IMG/VR virus record: IMGVR_UViG_3300048576_000185
Span: 1 to 36,589 of that record
DNA length: 36,589 nt
Reading direction: 5' to 3' (one strand)
Origin: a virus
Below the pieces are notes generated by a model, which saw nothing but the letters and a program-made list of their open reading frames with translations, was not told the DNA's origin and did no database searches. Positions 23,364 through 32,429 of this stretch are shown piece after piece; the first letter of the stretch is position 1; the number at the start of each line of letters is the position of its first letter. The position numbers were made by a program, and so were the translations under genes.

Positions 23364-25907
23364 TTACACGCCCACGAAATAGGTTTCCGCGGCAGCTTCG
23401 TTGTCTCGATAACCCAGACCTGCCCGCAGGGTGGCCACGATTTCGGTCACATCCGCGTTGGCGATGCGGGTGGTTTCGATCTTCATGCGGCGTTTGAACG
23501 CCAGTTTCCACTGATCGAAGCGCACGCCCAGGATGCCGCCATAGGCGTTGTTTGATTGGGTGGTCTGGTCCACCTTCCCGCTGCTGTTGGCTTTGCGGGC
23601 ATTGGTGGTGCTGCTGTAGTGCATGAACCAGCTGGGGATCACATCCACATTCCAGATCTTTTTCAGCCAGCCATTTTCGAGGGTGGCCACACTGTTTACA
23701 TCCTTGGTCAGCACTTCCGGCAGCTTGCTGCCGGCTTTAAGGGTGTTGGGGTCGATGATGAAAGCGCACTTGGTCGGATCCGCCACGGCCATGCCGGCGG
23801 TGCCCATCAGCCACAAGGTTTCGATGAAGTCATCGATGCTCAAACCACCACTGGCGCTCCGGCTGTTGGCGGTGTTGGTAACCAGCGCCAGCTTGCGGAA
23901 GCCATCCATGGCCAGGTAGAGGTTGGTGGCGGTCTGTGTGGAGCTGTTACCGATATCATTGATATTGGTAGAACCGGTGGTGGTACTGTCCCCATCGATG
24001 GCCAGCATTTCCAACATTTCCCCGCCGCTTTGCTCCAGTTGAGTCTCAAGCTGGGAAACATACCTGATCAGGCTGTCCTCTTCCAGCTCGCCGGTGTATA
24101 TAGCTCGGGCGCCGATCTTGGCCACTGTGATTTCCTTCACGCCCGTCCCCATCTGAGTATTGATGATCTGGGCGGGTGGGATCTTCATGGTCCCATCAGA
24201 GGATGTGGTTTCCGCGATCTTGTACCAGCTCGGATCAGTCCCCTCCAGCGGGAATTTCTCGCTGGCATAACCATCCGGAATGGTCACGGTTGGGATGCGT
24301 GGAATGATCTGGCGGGCCGCGCGGATTTTTTCCCAGATCTGCATCGCGTAAGCGGTGCCAATCCAATCTGCGCCGGCATTGGAGGTACCGGTCCCTGCCG
24401 GGTCGGTGGATGCCTTGATTGCATCCTCAGTCGGTTCCAAACCGCTGGCTTTCATGGCGGATTTGACGTAGGCCGCCTCTTCGGTGTCTTTCATCTGGGT
24501 GCATTTGATTGCCAGGGCACGTACGATCTGCGGAGAGGTTGGTTCCTTGGAAGCTTTCATGATATCGATGGTCAGCGCCAGTTCAGCCGGGCTGTATCCA
24601 TCGAACTTCCATAGGTCAGCACTCTTGGCAACATACGGTGCCCCGCCGAAAGGTAACCGCTGCATTTCAGCGATTTTTTTCTCAAGCGGCTCGGTGGCTG
24701 CTTTGATGGCCGCTTCCATCTTTTCCTTTTCCGCCAGTTCTGCTTTGAGGGCTGCAGCCTTGGCAGTATCATGCGCGGCAAGTGCCTCTTCAATGAGTTT
24801 TTTGATCTCTTCTGGAGTCATTTTCGTTTGTCCTTTCCCCTCTGGGGATGATTTGATAGAGTTGTTTTGGTTATCTGTCCCATCCATCATCGGTGTGGCA
24901 CTTTGTGGGCTACCGCCTTTTGCCTCACCCTCCAGATCATCCGGGTCAGTTATTCCCATCATTTGCTCGAAATGAGCCTTCAATACCGGCTTTGCGATCG
25001 CATAAGCGTTCGCCGGCTGCCGGGTCCCTTCATCGTTGTCCATCAGGCTGATCTCGGCAATCGGCCAGATCAAGATCTCGCCGGTGCTCTTGGCCACCCG
25101 TGCCAGATGCGCGATGGATCCGCTGCTGGCGAAGGCCTTCCCGGCTTTCGCACTCTTCCAAATCCGTTTGGCGTAGTCATTGGCCTTATCCAGGACGATC
25201 CGCATCTTCAGCCCGGCATCGGTCTTCCAGGTTTTCACCACATCGCCGATGATTTCCGGTATACCCATCGGGCGCCGCTCAGGAGAAAAACCGTGGTAAT
25301 AAACCACCAGCGGAGTTTTGATTTTGTTTTCGAAGAACTTGGTTCGCGGTGAAAAGAATTCTTTGTGTACGTCTTTTCCGTTATCCGGACCGTAGTATGG
25401 AGCGGCCAGAACTTCCAGTTCCCAGTCGCCGTCATCACTCCCCACTGCCTTGATGGTCATCCGCTCCCCGCCCAGCACATCCAGCACCTCGGGTAGATCC
25501 GCCGCCTTGGCTGCCGCGTCCGCCACCGCATCCACCAGCTCGCCCGGGTCCAGCTCCTCCCCGATATCCAGGATGGTCTTCGCCAGTTCCTTGATCTTCG
25601 AGATCCGCGCCTTGTCGCTGGTGTTGTTCCGTGCCCCGATCTTGTACCACAGGCACTTGGTCACCGGCCGGTAGGTGCGGACCACCTCGGTCTGGTTGCT
25701 TAATGTGACCACCCCATCCTCATCGATGGCCCAGTCAAACTGGATGTATTTCTCACCCAAATGGACAATCAGCGTGCTTTCATACACTGCCTCCATGTAT
25801 GGCCAGGGACGGTCATCCGGACCGGTCATCATCAGGTTGGGCCTGAGTAATAGCTGGATGGCAGCTCGCAATAAATCCAGCTTGTCTGTAAGCGATAATT
25901 CTTTCAT
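23364..25907 (-). CDS. Polyprotein: N-terminal domain, HK97-type (S78-like) prohead protease, coiled-coil scaffold and HK97-fold major capsid protein
   Basis: Start at ATG 25907 (ATGA overlap; GGAAGGA 9 nt upstream). Protease-like segments: WELEVLAAPYYGPDNGKDVHKEFF, LVVYYHG, ASSGS and ILIWPIAEISLMDNDEGTRQPANAYA. Coiled-coil: EEIKKLIEEALAAHDTAKAAALKAELAEKEKMEAAIKA. Capsid-like segment: GELEEDSLIRYVSQLETQLEQSGGEMLEMLAIDGDS. Confidence 0.8.
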   Translation of the reverse strand: MKELSLTDKLDLLRAAIQLLLRPNLMMTGPDDRPWPYMEAVYESTLIVHLGEKYIQFDWAIDEDGVVTLSNQTEVVRTYRPVTKCLWYKIGARNNTSDKARISKIKELAKTILDIGEELDPGELVDAVADAAAKAADLPEVLDVLGGERMTIKAVGSDDGDWELEVLAAPYYGPDNGKDVHKEFFSPRTKFFENKIKTPLVVYYHGFSPERRPMGIPEIIGDVVKTWKTDAGLKMRIVLDKANDYAKRIWKSAKAGKAFASSGSIAHLARVAKSTGEILIWPIAEISLMDNDEGTRQPANAYAIAKPVLKAHFEQMMGITDPDDLEGEAKGGSPQSATPMMDGTDNQNNSIKSSPEGKGQTKMTPEEIKKLIEEALAAHDTAKAAALKAELAEKEKMEAAIKAATEPLEKKIAEMQRLPFGGAPYVAKSADLWKFDGYSPAELALTIDIMKASKEPTSPQIVRALAIKCTQMKDTEEAAYVKSAMKASGLEPTEDAIKASTDPAGTGTSNAGADWIGTAYAMQIWEKIRAARQIIPRIPTVTIPDGYASEKFPLEGTDPSWYKIAETTSSDGTMKIPPAQIINTQMGTGVKEITVAKIGARAIYTGELEEDSLIRYVSQLETQLEQSGGEMLEMLAIDGDSTTTGSTNINDIGNSSTQTATNLYLAMDGFRKLALVTNTANSRSASGGLSIDDFIETLWLMGTAGMAVADPTKCAFIIDPNTLKAGSKLPEVLTKDVNSVATLENGWLKKIWNVDVIPSWFMHYSSTTNARKANSSGKVDQTTQSNNAYGGILGVRFDQWKLAFKRRMKIETTRIANADVTEIVATLRAGLGYRDNEAAAETYFVGV

Positions 25908-26392
25908 CGTAAGCATTCCTTCCTGAGTGCCGTATCGATCATCCCGTAGACCGCCGACTCCTCCTCTGCGATAACCTGATCAGCTCGTTTCCAGCCCACC
26001 TTTTCGGCATACAGGCTTTGCTCACCTTCGGCGCCGTGCAAAAGTGGACCGTAGCTGACGTTGTTGCCCACTGTGACCTGCAGGCCGTCCTGAGAGACCA
26101 CGGATGTCCATTTTTTGGTGATGGTCTCGCTGCCCGGGCTGCTGTTGCGCACATAGGGCACCTCAATCCTGCCATCCGCCAGCGCCCCAAAGAAAAATTT
26201 CCTTTGTGCCTCGCTGACAAATGTCTCTCCGTACACCGCCTGCCGGGTGAGCCGTTTCACCTCTGGCGCCACCATGATCTTGCCCTTGATATACAGCCCC
26301 GCGGCCTTCATCACGGGCTTCACGCAATCCAGCCGGCTCAATTCCTCCAGCCGCTTCACCAGCTGCTCGATCCCTTTAATCTCAGTCGCCAT
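25904..26392 (-). CDS. Head-module protein with an HK97 gp10-like N-terminal pattern (uncertain)
   Basis: MATEIKGIEQLVKRLEELSR...VKPVMKAAGLYIKGKI. Lies between the MuF-like and capsid genes. Confidence 0.35.
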   Translation of the reverse strand: MATEIKGIEQLVKRLEELSRLDCVKPVMKAAGLYIKGKIMVAPEVKRLTRQAVYGETFVSEAQRKFFFGALADGRIEVPYVRNSSPGSETITKKWTSVVSQDGLQVTVGNNVSYGPLLHGAEGEQSLYAEKVGWKRADQVIAEEESAVYGMIDTALRKECLR

Positions 26393-27095
26393 TCAGACCC
26401 TCGATTTCCCAGGTCTCATAACACCTGCAGCCTGGATGTAAGGGCGGAAATCCGCTGTCCGAGCTGATCACCTCGCCGTCATGCGGAGCGCATTCATCAC
26501 AAACGGTCTCATCCAGCTCAGTATGGAAAATGGGCTTCATGCTGAGTGAGCTGCCCTTTTCCACTTCCGCCACGATCGCGCGATCCCCTTCAGCGGCCGC
26601 CCGGGTGGTCTCGGTGATGGCGATCAACGCCGATCTTGATGGTCCAAACAGATCCTCAATCGCCTTGGCCAGGTCATCCAAACTTTGGCCGTTGGCGAAG
26701 TAGTTTTCCACCGCCCCCTGCAGTGCTTTTCGGCTGTTGGCAGTCAGATCCTTCACCAGGTCAAAAGTGTAGTTTTTGGACCAGCTGCCGGCTGCCTGGT
26801 TGGCCAGCTTCCAATCGACCTTCGCTACCGATTTCCCCGCGGCGCCGGTCACCTGCTTTTGCAGGTTTCCGCCTGCCTCGCGCGCGATCGCGGCCAGCTC
26901 AGGCTCGATGGCCGCCCGCAGGTCATCACCAATCCCGCTCCAGAAACTCTCCGGAATATTCCCGAGATCCGGGGTTTCGCCCAGCAGCTCCATCAATTTG
27001 TCAGCTCTCCCACCGAATTGCCGTTGGATGACAGCTGCCAGCCGCTCTTCGGCTGCCTGGCGATGGATGACGTGTCCCTGCAGGACCTTTTTCAT
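26382..27095 (-). CDS. Head morphogenesis / minor capsid protein, Mu F (SPP1 gp7)-like
   Basis: ALIAITETTRAAAEG ... DETVCDECAPHDGEV ... FPPLHPGCRCY is the characteristic MuF C-terminal signature. Follows the portal gene with an ATGA overlap. Confidence 0.8.
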   Translation of the reverse strand: MKKVLQGHVIHRQAAEERLAAVIQRQFGGRADKLMELLGETPDLGNIPESFWSGIGDDLRAAIEPELAAIAREAGGNLQKQVTGAAGKSVAKVDWKLANQAAGSWSKNYTFDLVKDLTANSRKALQGAVENYFANGQSLDDLAKAIEDLFGPSRSALIAITETTRAAAEGDRAIVAEVEKGSSLSMKPIFHTELDETVCDECAPHDGEVISSDSGFPPLHPGCRCYETWEIEGLNGD

Positions 27096-28690
27096 GGGTA
27101 TCCTCGATATGTGCTGGACATATGGCTGGCCAGATATTTTGCAATACTCTCATCAATGACCTGGTTATCCTCGAGGATCAGCGCGTACTTGGCCGCCTGC
27201 TCGAATACTGCTTTGATTTCATCCATGCTTGAGCAATTCGGTAGAGATCTTTGGATCATCCCCTTCATATTTTCTGGAATGGTATTCGTCTCAAATTCGA
27301 ATTCAAGCTTCTTGCCCTTTTTCAGCCGGTTGATGGCCGCCCGCTGCCAGGCTGCCAGATCCGCGGATTTCCCACTGGGAGTGTTGGGCCTGGGTTCGTC
27401 GCCCACATCCTGGCCGATGTCCTGTACCTGCGCCCGTTGTTGCCCTGGGTTCTGGTCCAGCGCGCCTCCGACTGCCGGATCGTTTCCCCCTTGGGTCGCT
27501 GTCGTCCCGATCTCGTCCGGCAGTCTCTGTCCCCGTTCATCTGGAAGCGGCGCGTCCCCATAGAATTTCTTCCTGGTCTCATCGATTGTGTGGGTCTTGG
27601 CGTACTCCCTCTGTTCCTGCAGGCCAATCACCCGGTCCGTCACCCGGATGTCATCCCACCAGGCTTCCAACCCCTCCCCATACATCGGCAATAAATCATT
27701 GGTGATCTTCTCCGCAATCGCGGTCAGCCGCGGCCAGACTGAAAAATCGATCATGGTTGCCTTGCCGCTTTTGCTGTTCGCCTCAGTGGCATTCACACTT
27801 AACACGGATGCCAGTCCTGGCGCCACCAGGTTGTAAATCTCCTCTTTTGCGAACTGTCGTCCGTTGATGAATTCCATGTCCTTCTGACTCAAGGTATTCT
27901 GCAGCCACTGAACACCATCCCCTGTTCCTCGCAAAAGCATGATGGAACGCCTCTTGGCCGAGTCCTCTGTCCGCTTCTTAATATCCTCCCAGGCGGAGTC
28001 TTCTACCCAGTCCTTGAAAGACATCACTCCAGGTAGCCGCCCATTATTCTCCCCAAAATTTTTCGCGTTCCATTTGGCCATTTCCAGGTCAGTCCGCGCA
28101 TCCATCCGCGCTGGTTTGAAGTCAGACATCCCCTCGAATAAGGTTTTGGGATGGAAATTTTTAAAATGAACAACCTCATCCACATCCAGCGCCAGGGGTT
28201 CCCCCGGACCGGCGTAAAATTTGTAACCTTTTAAAAACATATTGCCATCTGGAACCGGCTTTACTCGGTCACTGGGGAGCAGCCAGATCTCCTCCAGATG
28301 ACCGTTAACAATGTTTTTCCACCAGTACGCATCCCCGCACAGGGAATGGTACGAGAAAGTTCCTTCCAAAATTTCAAATCGGCTCTGCAGTGGATTGGGA
28401 TGCTTTAGAAGGCTGATCAGTTCATGCCCAATTACTTCATCCAATCCAGACTCGCTTCTCCGGCTGATATGCAATGGAACAATTGCGCATTGTTGGGCTA
28501 CATATTTGACCGCCGTTGAAATCCATGACAGCTTTTCATAAAGGTCAATTTCCTGGGCAGCCTCGCCATAATCAGTGATGCTCCATTTTTCGCCGTCGGC
28601 ATAAACACTCTGCCATCTGGCAACGCGAGTATCTACTGCCTTGGTGGAGATATAACCAATCCTTCCCAATACACTGTCAAGAAATCCCAT
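27092..28690 (-). CDS. Portal protein (HK97-type)
   Basis: Start at ATG 28690 (TAATG overlap with the TerL stop). 532 aa. Lies directly downstream of TerL. Contains LLKHPNPLQSRFEILEGTFSYHSLCGDAYWW. Confidence 0.85.
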   Translation of the reverse strand: MGFLDSVLGRIGYISTKAVDTRVARWQSVYADGEKWSITDYGEAAQEIDLYEKLSWISTAVKYVAQQCAIVPLHISRRSESGLDEVIGHELISLLKHPNPLQSRFEILEGTFSYHSLCGDAYWWKNIVNGHLEEIWLLPSDRVKPVPDGNMFLKGYKFYAGPGEPLALDVDEVVHFKNFHPKTLFEGMSDFKPARMDARTDLEMAKWNAKNFGENNGRLPGVMSFKDWVEDSAWEDIKKRTEDSAKRRSIMLLRGTGDGVQWLQNTLSQKDMEFINGRQFAKEEIYNLVAPGLASVLSVNATEANSKSGKATMIDFSVWPRLTAIAEKITNDLLPMYGEGLEAWWDDIRVTDRVIGLQEQREYAKTHTIDETRKKFYGDAPLPDERGQRLPDEIGTTATQGGNDPAVGGALDQNPGQQRAQVQDIGQDVGDEPRPNTPSGKSADLAAWQRAAINRLKKGKKLEFEFETNTIPENMKGMIQRSLPNCSSMDEIKAVFEQAAKYALILEDNQVIDESIAKYLASHMSSTYRGYP

Positions 28691-30234
28691 TACGCCACCG
28701 CTTCCCCGGCTTTGAATTTCTTCTCGCCGCACATTTTATAGCCGCCGCTGGCCGTATCCACCTGGTCGTCATGCCGCGCGTTGGCTGAAAAATTCTTGCA
28801 CTCGTCGATAAAGGCTTGTACCCACGGGCCATTCACTACCCGCAGGAACCCTTGACGCGCTCTGATCTGCCAGCTCCTTGCCCGGGTCAGCTTGTCGCCT
28901 TCCGGTTTTTCCTGGCCGATCACAACATTCAAAAGTTCCTTGTCCTTCATAAAATCCGTGAAGACAACCGTCTGGAAAGCTACATCTTCCACAGCCCAGG
29001 TGGTCCCTTTTTCCCCTGCATCTAACATCCAGCCCTTGATTACTTTCAGGAATTCTTCCAGGGCTCTCACCCGGATCATATCTCTGAAGTAAATCAATCC
29101 GCTGGTTTCATCGTGTGCTACTGCAACACAACTGTTCCAATCGCTCTTGCTGTTTCGCCCTAGCGCCAGATCGATATACCTGAACCACTTCAGACCCTTC
29201 GGCGCCTCGTCCACCCTGATGAAATCGCTGTCAATGAAAAATCCACCCGAAAGTGCCCGCGGCATCTGTTGATAAACTGGCCACCATTCATCATCACCCA
29301 CGTTCGATTTCTTTTTCAATAATTCTTTTTCATCCGCAAGGTAAGGCCATAAAGGTTCTCCCGGTTTTCTTCCCAGCATATCTCCGCCAATCGGCAGCCA
29401 GACCCCATTCAACATTTGCTTTTTTTGATCTTCAATGGTTTGGGGATAATTGCTTTCATCCAGAGCAATGGCAGGCAGGAATAAAACATGGAATTGATCG
29501 ATCAAGGGATCATCACTTGCCATCAGTTTGATCAATTGCCCGGCCAGATCATCTTGCGACCATCTGGTGTGGGTGATGATTACAGCTCCACCTCTTTCCA
29601 ACCGCATATAAGCGGTGGACTTGTACCAGTCAATCAGCATTTTCAGATAGGTGGGACTGTCGGCATCTTTTCTTGATTTGATTGGGTCATCAATATTGAG
29701 GATGTGAGCGCCATAACCGGTGATACCTCCACCGACGCCGGCAGCAACCATTCCGCCTCGATAAGGCGCTGCGAGATCCCAATGCGCCTGGCTACGGCTG
29801 TCTTCCGAAATGCTGACGGCCATTTCATTCATGGTGATGGCATCTTCACCAAATATTTTTTTATATCGTTCGCTGTTGATGTAATCCCGAACTTTTCGAC
29901 TGTCATCCATCGCCAGATCCGCACCATAAGATGCCTGGATCCACCGCTTATCCGGGTTTCTGCCTAAAAACCAACTGGGGAAAAGCCGGCTGATGGTCTC
30001 ACTTTTGCTATATCTGGGTGGCTCTTCCACAATTAATCTTCCGATGCCTTCTCGGCCTTCGGTCCGTACATACAATTCCACTTGCTCGAGGGTATTCGCC
30101 AGTAATTCGATATGTGCAGCTGATCTGTACCAATTGGCCATCTGGAGGCAATAGGGAAGCAAATGCCTCCTGGCCAATTCTCTTTTCGCCAGCTCTGCAT
30201 TTGCTTCTTCCTTGGATATTCGAGTTGCTGTCAT
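28690..30234 (-). CDS. terL: Terminase large subunit
   Basis: 514 aa. ATPase region: RLIVEEPPRYSKSE (deviant Walker A) and GAHILNIDDPIKS (Walker B-like). Nuclease-size C-terminal half. Lies upstream of the portal gene. Confidence 0.85.
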   Translation of the reverse strand: MTATRISKEEANAELAKRELARRHLLPYCLQMANWYRSAAHIELLANTLEQVELYVRTEGREGIGRLIVEEPPRYSKSETISRLFPSWFLGRNPDKRWIQASYGADLAMDDSRKVRDYINSERYKKIFGEDAITMNEMAVSISEDSRSQAHWDLAAPYRGGMVAAGVGGGITGYGAHILNIDDPIKSRKDADSPTYLKMLIDWYKSTAYMRLERGGAVIITHTRWSQDDLAGQLIKLMASDDPLIDQFHVLFLPAIALDESNYPQTIEDQKKQMLNGVWLPIGGDMLGRKPGEPLWPYLADEKELLKKKSNVGDDEWWPVYQQMPRALSGGFFIDSDFIRVDEAPKGLKWFRYIDLALGRNSKSDWNSCVAVAHDETSGLIYFRDMIRVRALEEFLKVIKGWMLDAGEKGTTWAVEDVAFQTVVFTDFMKDKELLNVVIGQEKPEGDKLTRARSWQIRARQGFLRVVNGPWVQAFIDECKNFSANARHDDQVDTASGGYKMCGEKKFKAGEAVA

Positions 30235-30236
30235 CC

Positions 30237-30848
30237 CTATTCCTTGTTGATACTCTTGGTATATTCGAGCAATTCTTCATCGCTCATTTCGGCTACATCG
30301 TTTTTGCCACGTCTGCGCTTGTCATCAACCTCGATCCTCGTGGAATGATCACCGCTCATCTCGAGATATAGCCTTCGATCCTGATGGTTTTTGTAATTGG
30401 GGTTACCCGCACTTTCAGCCAGGGCTTTCAGCACTTCCGCTCGATGCTCAAAAAATTCCCGATCCTGCAGTTGCGCGATCATCGCGTCAATCTCTGGGTT
30501 CTCTTCCCGCCATCTGATCAATACCCGATCTGACCGCAGGCCCAGAACATCCCTGGCCAGCTTGATCTGGGTGGCCGGCCAGCGCTTGATCTTGGGAACC
30601 GATGCCCAGGCGATATAGGCGGCCAATCTCCACGGCATTTTTTTCCGCGCCAGATCCAGATATAGTCTGAACCAGCTCCGATCCTCCCCATCCAGACATT
30701 CTTTTTGAGGGCCATCCAGGAAGAGATTTACCATCCCTTCCAATGATTCCCTTGCGCTTCCGGAGGAAATCTCGAGCTCATCATCGGCTGCTTTAATCTC
30801 ATCGATTATGTTGTCGAATGAGAGCTGGCTGAATTTTTTTACCGCCAT
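30237..30848 (-). CDS. terS: Terminase small subunit (called on position, with an HTH-like segment)
   Basis: Immediately upstream of terL. Contains ATQIKLARDVLGLRSDRVLIRWRE. AGGTGGTGAG SD. Confidence 0.55.
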   Translation of the reverse strand: MAVKKFSQLSFDNIIDEIKAADDELEISSGSARESLEGMVNLFLDGPQKECLDGEDRSWFRLYLDLARKKMPWRLAAYIAWASVPKIKRWPATQIKLARDVLGLRSDRVLIRWREENPEIDAMIAQLQDREFFEHRAEVLKALAESAGNPNYKNHQDRRLYLEMSGDHSTRIEVDDKRRRGKNDVAEMSDEELLEYTKSINKE

Positions 30849-30858
30849 AACTCACCAC

Positions 30859-31086
30859 CTATTTGAGGACAAGAGACATCACATATGTGATCACCGCCAG
30901 CGCCACCGCACTGGCCAAAAACGTCATGATCCGGTTGTAGACTGTTTGTTTATTGACCAGGTCGCGGATCTCCGAAAACTGCTTGACAATCCCCTGGTCC
31001 GGGCAGTCCTTTGGGCCGAAGAGGACCTGGTGGTGGACAGCCACCTGGCCCTCCAACTCATCAACGCGTGCAGGGATGTCGGCCAT
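30859..31086 (-). CDS. Small C-terminally anchored membrane protein (XhlA-like architecture); putative lysis accessory
   Basis: N-terminal coiled segment (RVDELEGQVAVHHQVL) plus a C-terminal TM segment (IMTFLASAVALAVITYVMSLVL). Confidence 0.4.
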   Translation of the reverse strand: MADIPARVDELEGQVAVHHQVLFGPKDCPDQGIVKQFSEIRDLVNKQTVYNRIMTFLASAVALAVITYVMSLVLK

Positions 31087-31089
31087 GGA

Positions 31090-31563
31090 TTACCCCGAGA
31101 AGGTCTTGCCAATGATCGGCAGCCCGCGGATCAGTTTATAGATCTGCTTGCTCCCGATGATCTGTGTCAGGTAACCCAGCGCAAACACTCCCAGGGTCGC
31201 CAGCCGTGCGGCTTGCTCATCTAAAATCGCCGTTGTGATCTGCGGATTAAATACTTTGATCGCCGCCAGGATCACAAAAGCCACCAGGTTGAGGACCGCG
31301 ATCCAGGTATCCGATGTCCCATCCGCTACCCAACCGAGCAGTTTGAGCAGGTTTACCAGCACGGTGATAACCCCGGCCACCCCCACCAGACCGCCGAATG
31401 ACAGTGCCAGGTCCAGAACTACCTGCAGCGTATCCGGCCGTTGGACCGCCGTCTGCCCCACCCCCGTGGATGCCATCACCGGCGACACCAGAATGGCCAA
31501 CAGCGCCAGGCACACCATCCCCGGTATAACAACCCTTTTGAAAAACTTCTTAATCCCAAACAT
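31090..31563 (-). CDS. Multi-TM membrane protein; putative holin
   Basis: Four hydrophobic segments. LVGVAGVITVLVNLLKLLGWVADGTSDTWIAVLNLVAFVILAAI resembles holin families of Gram-positive phages. AAAGGAGAACAGC SD. Confidence 0.5.
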   Translation of the reverse strand: MFGIKKFFKRVVIPGMVCLALLAILVSPVMASTGVGQTAVQRPDTLQVVLDLALSFGGLVGVAGVITVLVNLLKLLGWVADGTSDTWIAVLNLVAFVILAAIKVFNPQITTAILDEQAARLATLGVFALGYLTQIIGSKQIYKLIRGLPIIGKTFSG

Positions 31564-31588
31564 GCTGTTCTCCTTTTTCTCTAATCCC

Positions 31589-31613
31589 CTCTGCGCCCTC
31601 TGCGAACTCTGCG
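31589..31613 (-). repeat. Three tandem CGCAGAG heptads (plus strand CTCTGCG) with an exact 9-nt period, in the leader of the late operon
   Basis: Plus-strand CTCTGCG at 31589, 31598 and 31607, which is 26-50 nt upstream of ATG 31563. Confidence 0.85.
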
Positions 31614-31653
31614 GTGAAAGAGCTTTGCGGGTGGTATGGGGTTAAACGCGAAA

Positions 31654-31697
31654 CGCCCACCACATCGTGGGATCAAAATCCCGTGATGTGGTGGGCG
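31654..31697 (-). terminator. Long hairpin (13 bp, 2x2 internal loop, 5 bp; loop UUUG) followed by UUUCGCGUUU; terminator t2 ahead of the late genes
   Basis: The plus strand reads cgcccaccacatcgtgggat-caaa-atcccgtgatgtggtgggcg. The interrupted U-tract lies on the minus-strand side. Confidence 0.65.
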
Positions 31698-31767
31698 CTC
31701 AGCTCCACCGGTGGCCAGAACTACATCCGGCCTGCAAAGTTAATTTTAAGACAGGTTAAAGTACATG

Positions 31768-32082
31768 TCAATATCCTGTCGGAAATTGGATAAAGAGCTC
31801 ATCATTGTCTTCGGAATATATATTACCAATAACCAGAAGTCTCTCCGAGGTAAGGAATCCGAATTTCGTCCTCAATGACTGCCCATGGAACATAAAAACC
31901 AATGGTTTCATTTTAACAATTTCATTTGGTATTGTGTTGTTGTTTCCATCCCTCTTTTTCATGTAAGGATCAACCTCATCGGCGTCAGTCGGAAAGGTCA
32001 AAACGGTGCATCCGTCATGGTCAGGGATGAGATCCAGAATAGTGTCAATCAAATCATCATACATGGTCATTAATCCTTTCAT
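31768..32082 (-). CDS. Hypothetical acidic protein in an AT-rich gene (moron-like). Start uncertain: ATG at 32082, 32070 or 32064, or TTG at 32112.
   Basis: ORF with markedly lower G+C than its neighbours (21 G+C in the 60 nt at 31861-31920, by hand count). AAGGA lies 9 nt upstream of ATG 32064. Confidence 0.45.
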   Translation of the reverse strand: MKGLMTMYDDLIDTILDLIPDHDGCTVLTFPTDADEVDPYMKKRDGNNNTIPNEIVKMKPLVFMFHGQSLRTKFGFLTSERLLVIGNIYSEDNDELFIQFPTGY

Positions 32083-32108
32083 TGTAGAGTATAGACCAGT
32101 TTCCACCT

Positions 32109-32390
32109 TCAAGGCGCCGAATTCTTTAATTTCAGCTTGAACTCCTCATCCGAGTTGTACCTCATTCGCACCTGCTCGGTCACCAGCGTATCCCTGGGAA
32201 CGACCATCCCTGTAAATGCCCACAGATACGAGTATCCCACCCTGATCACCTCCGTTGGCGCCGGACCGCCTGCCATGATAGCCTCAGCCTCCGCCAACGT
32301 CTCCACAAACACCAGCGAGGTCCCATGGATCGGGCTCGCACCCTCCACATAATACCCCACCTCGCATTTTTTGATCTTCCGTTCTTCCAT
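32109..32390 (-). CDS. Hypothetical protein (93 aa), first ORF after the late promoter and terminator
   Basis: Start at ATG 32390 (MEERKIKK) with GGAGGTGGTGGGG upstream. The N-terminal extension in the track covers the terminator hairpin. Confidence 0.5.
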   Translation of the reverse strand: MEERKIKKCEVGYYVEGASPIHGTSLVFVETLAEAEAIMAGGPAPTEVIRVGYSYLWAFTGMVVPRDTLVTEQVRMRYNSDEEFKLKLKNSAP

Positions 32391-32406
32391 CCCCACCACC
32401 TCCGAA

Positions 32407-32429
32407 CAAAAAAGCCGGGTTTCCCCGGC
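32407..32429 (-). terminator. Intrinsic terminator t1 inside the leader: GCCGGG-GAAA-CCCGGC followed by UUUUUU
   Basis: The plus strand reads aaaaaa (32408-32413) then gccgggtttccccggc (32414-32429). The U-run follows the hairpin only on the minus strand. Confidence 0.7.
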
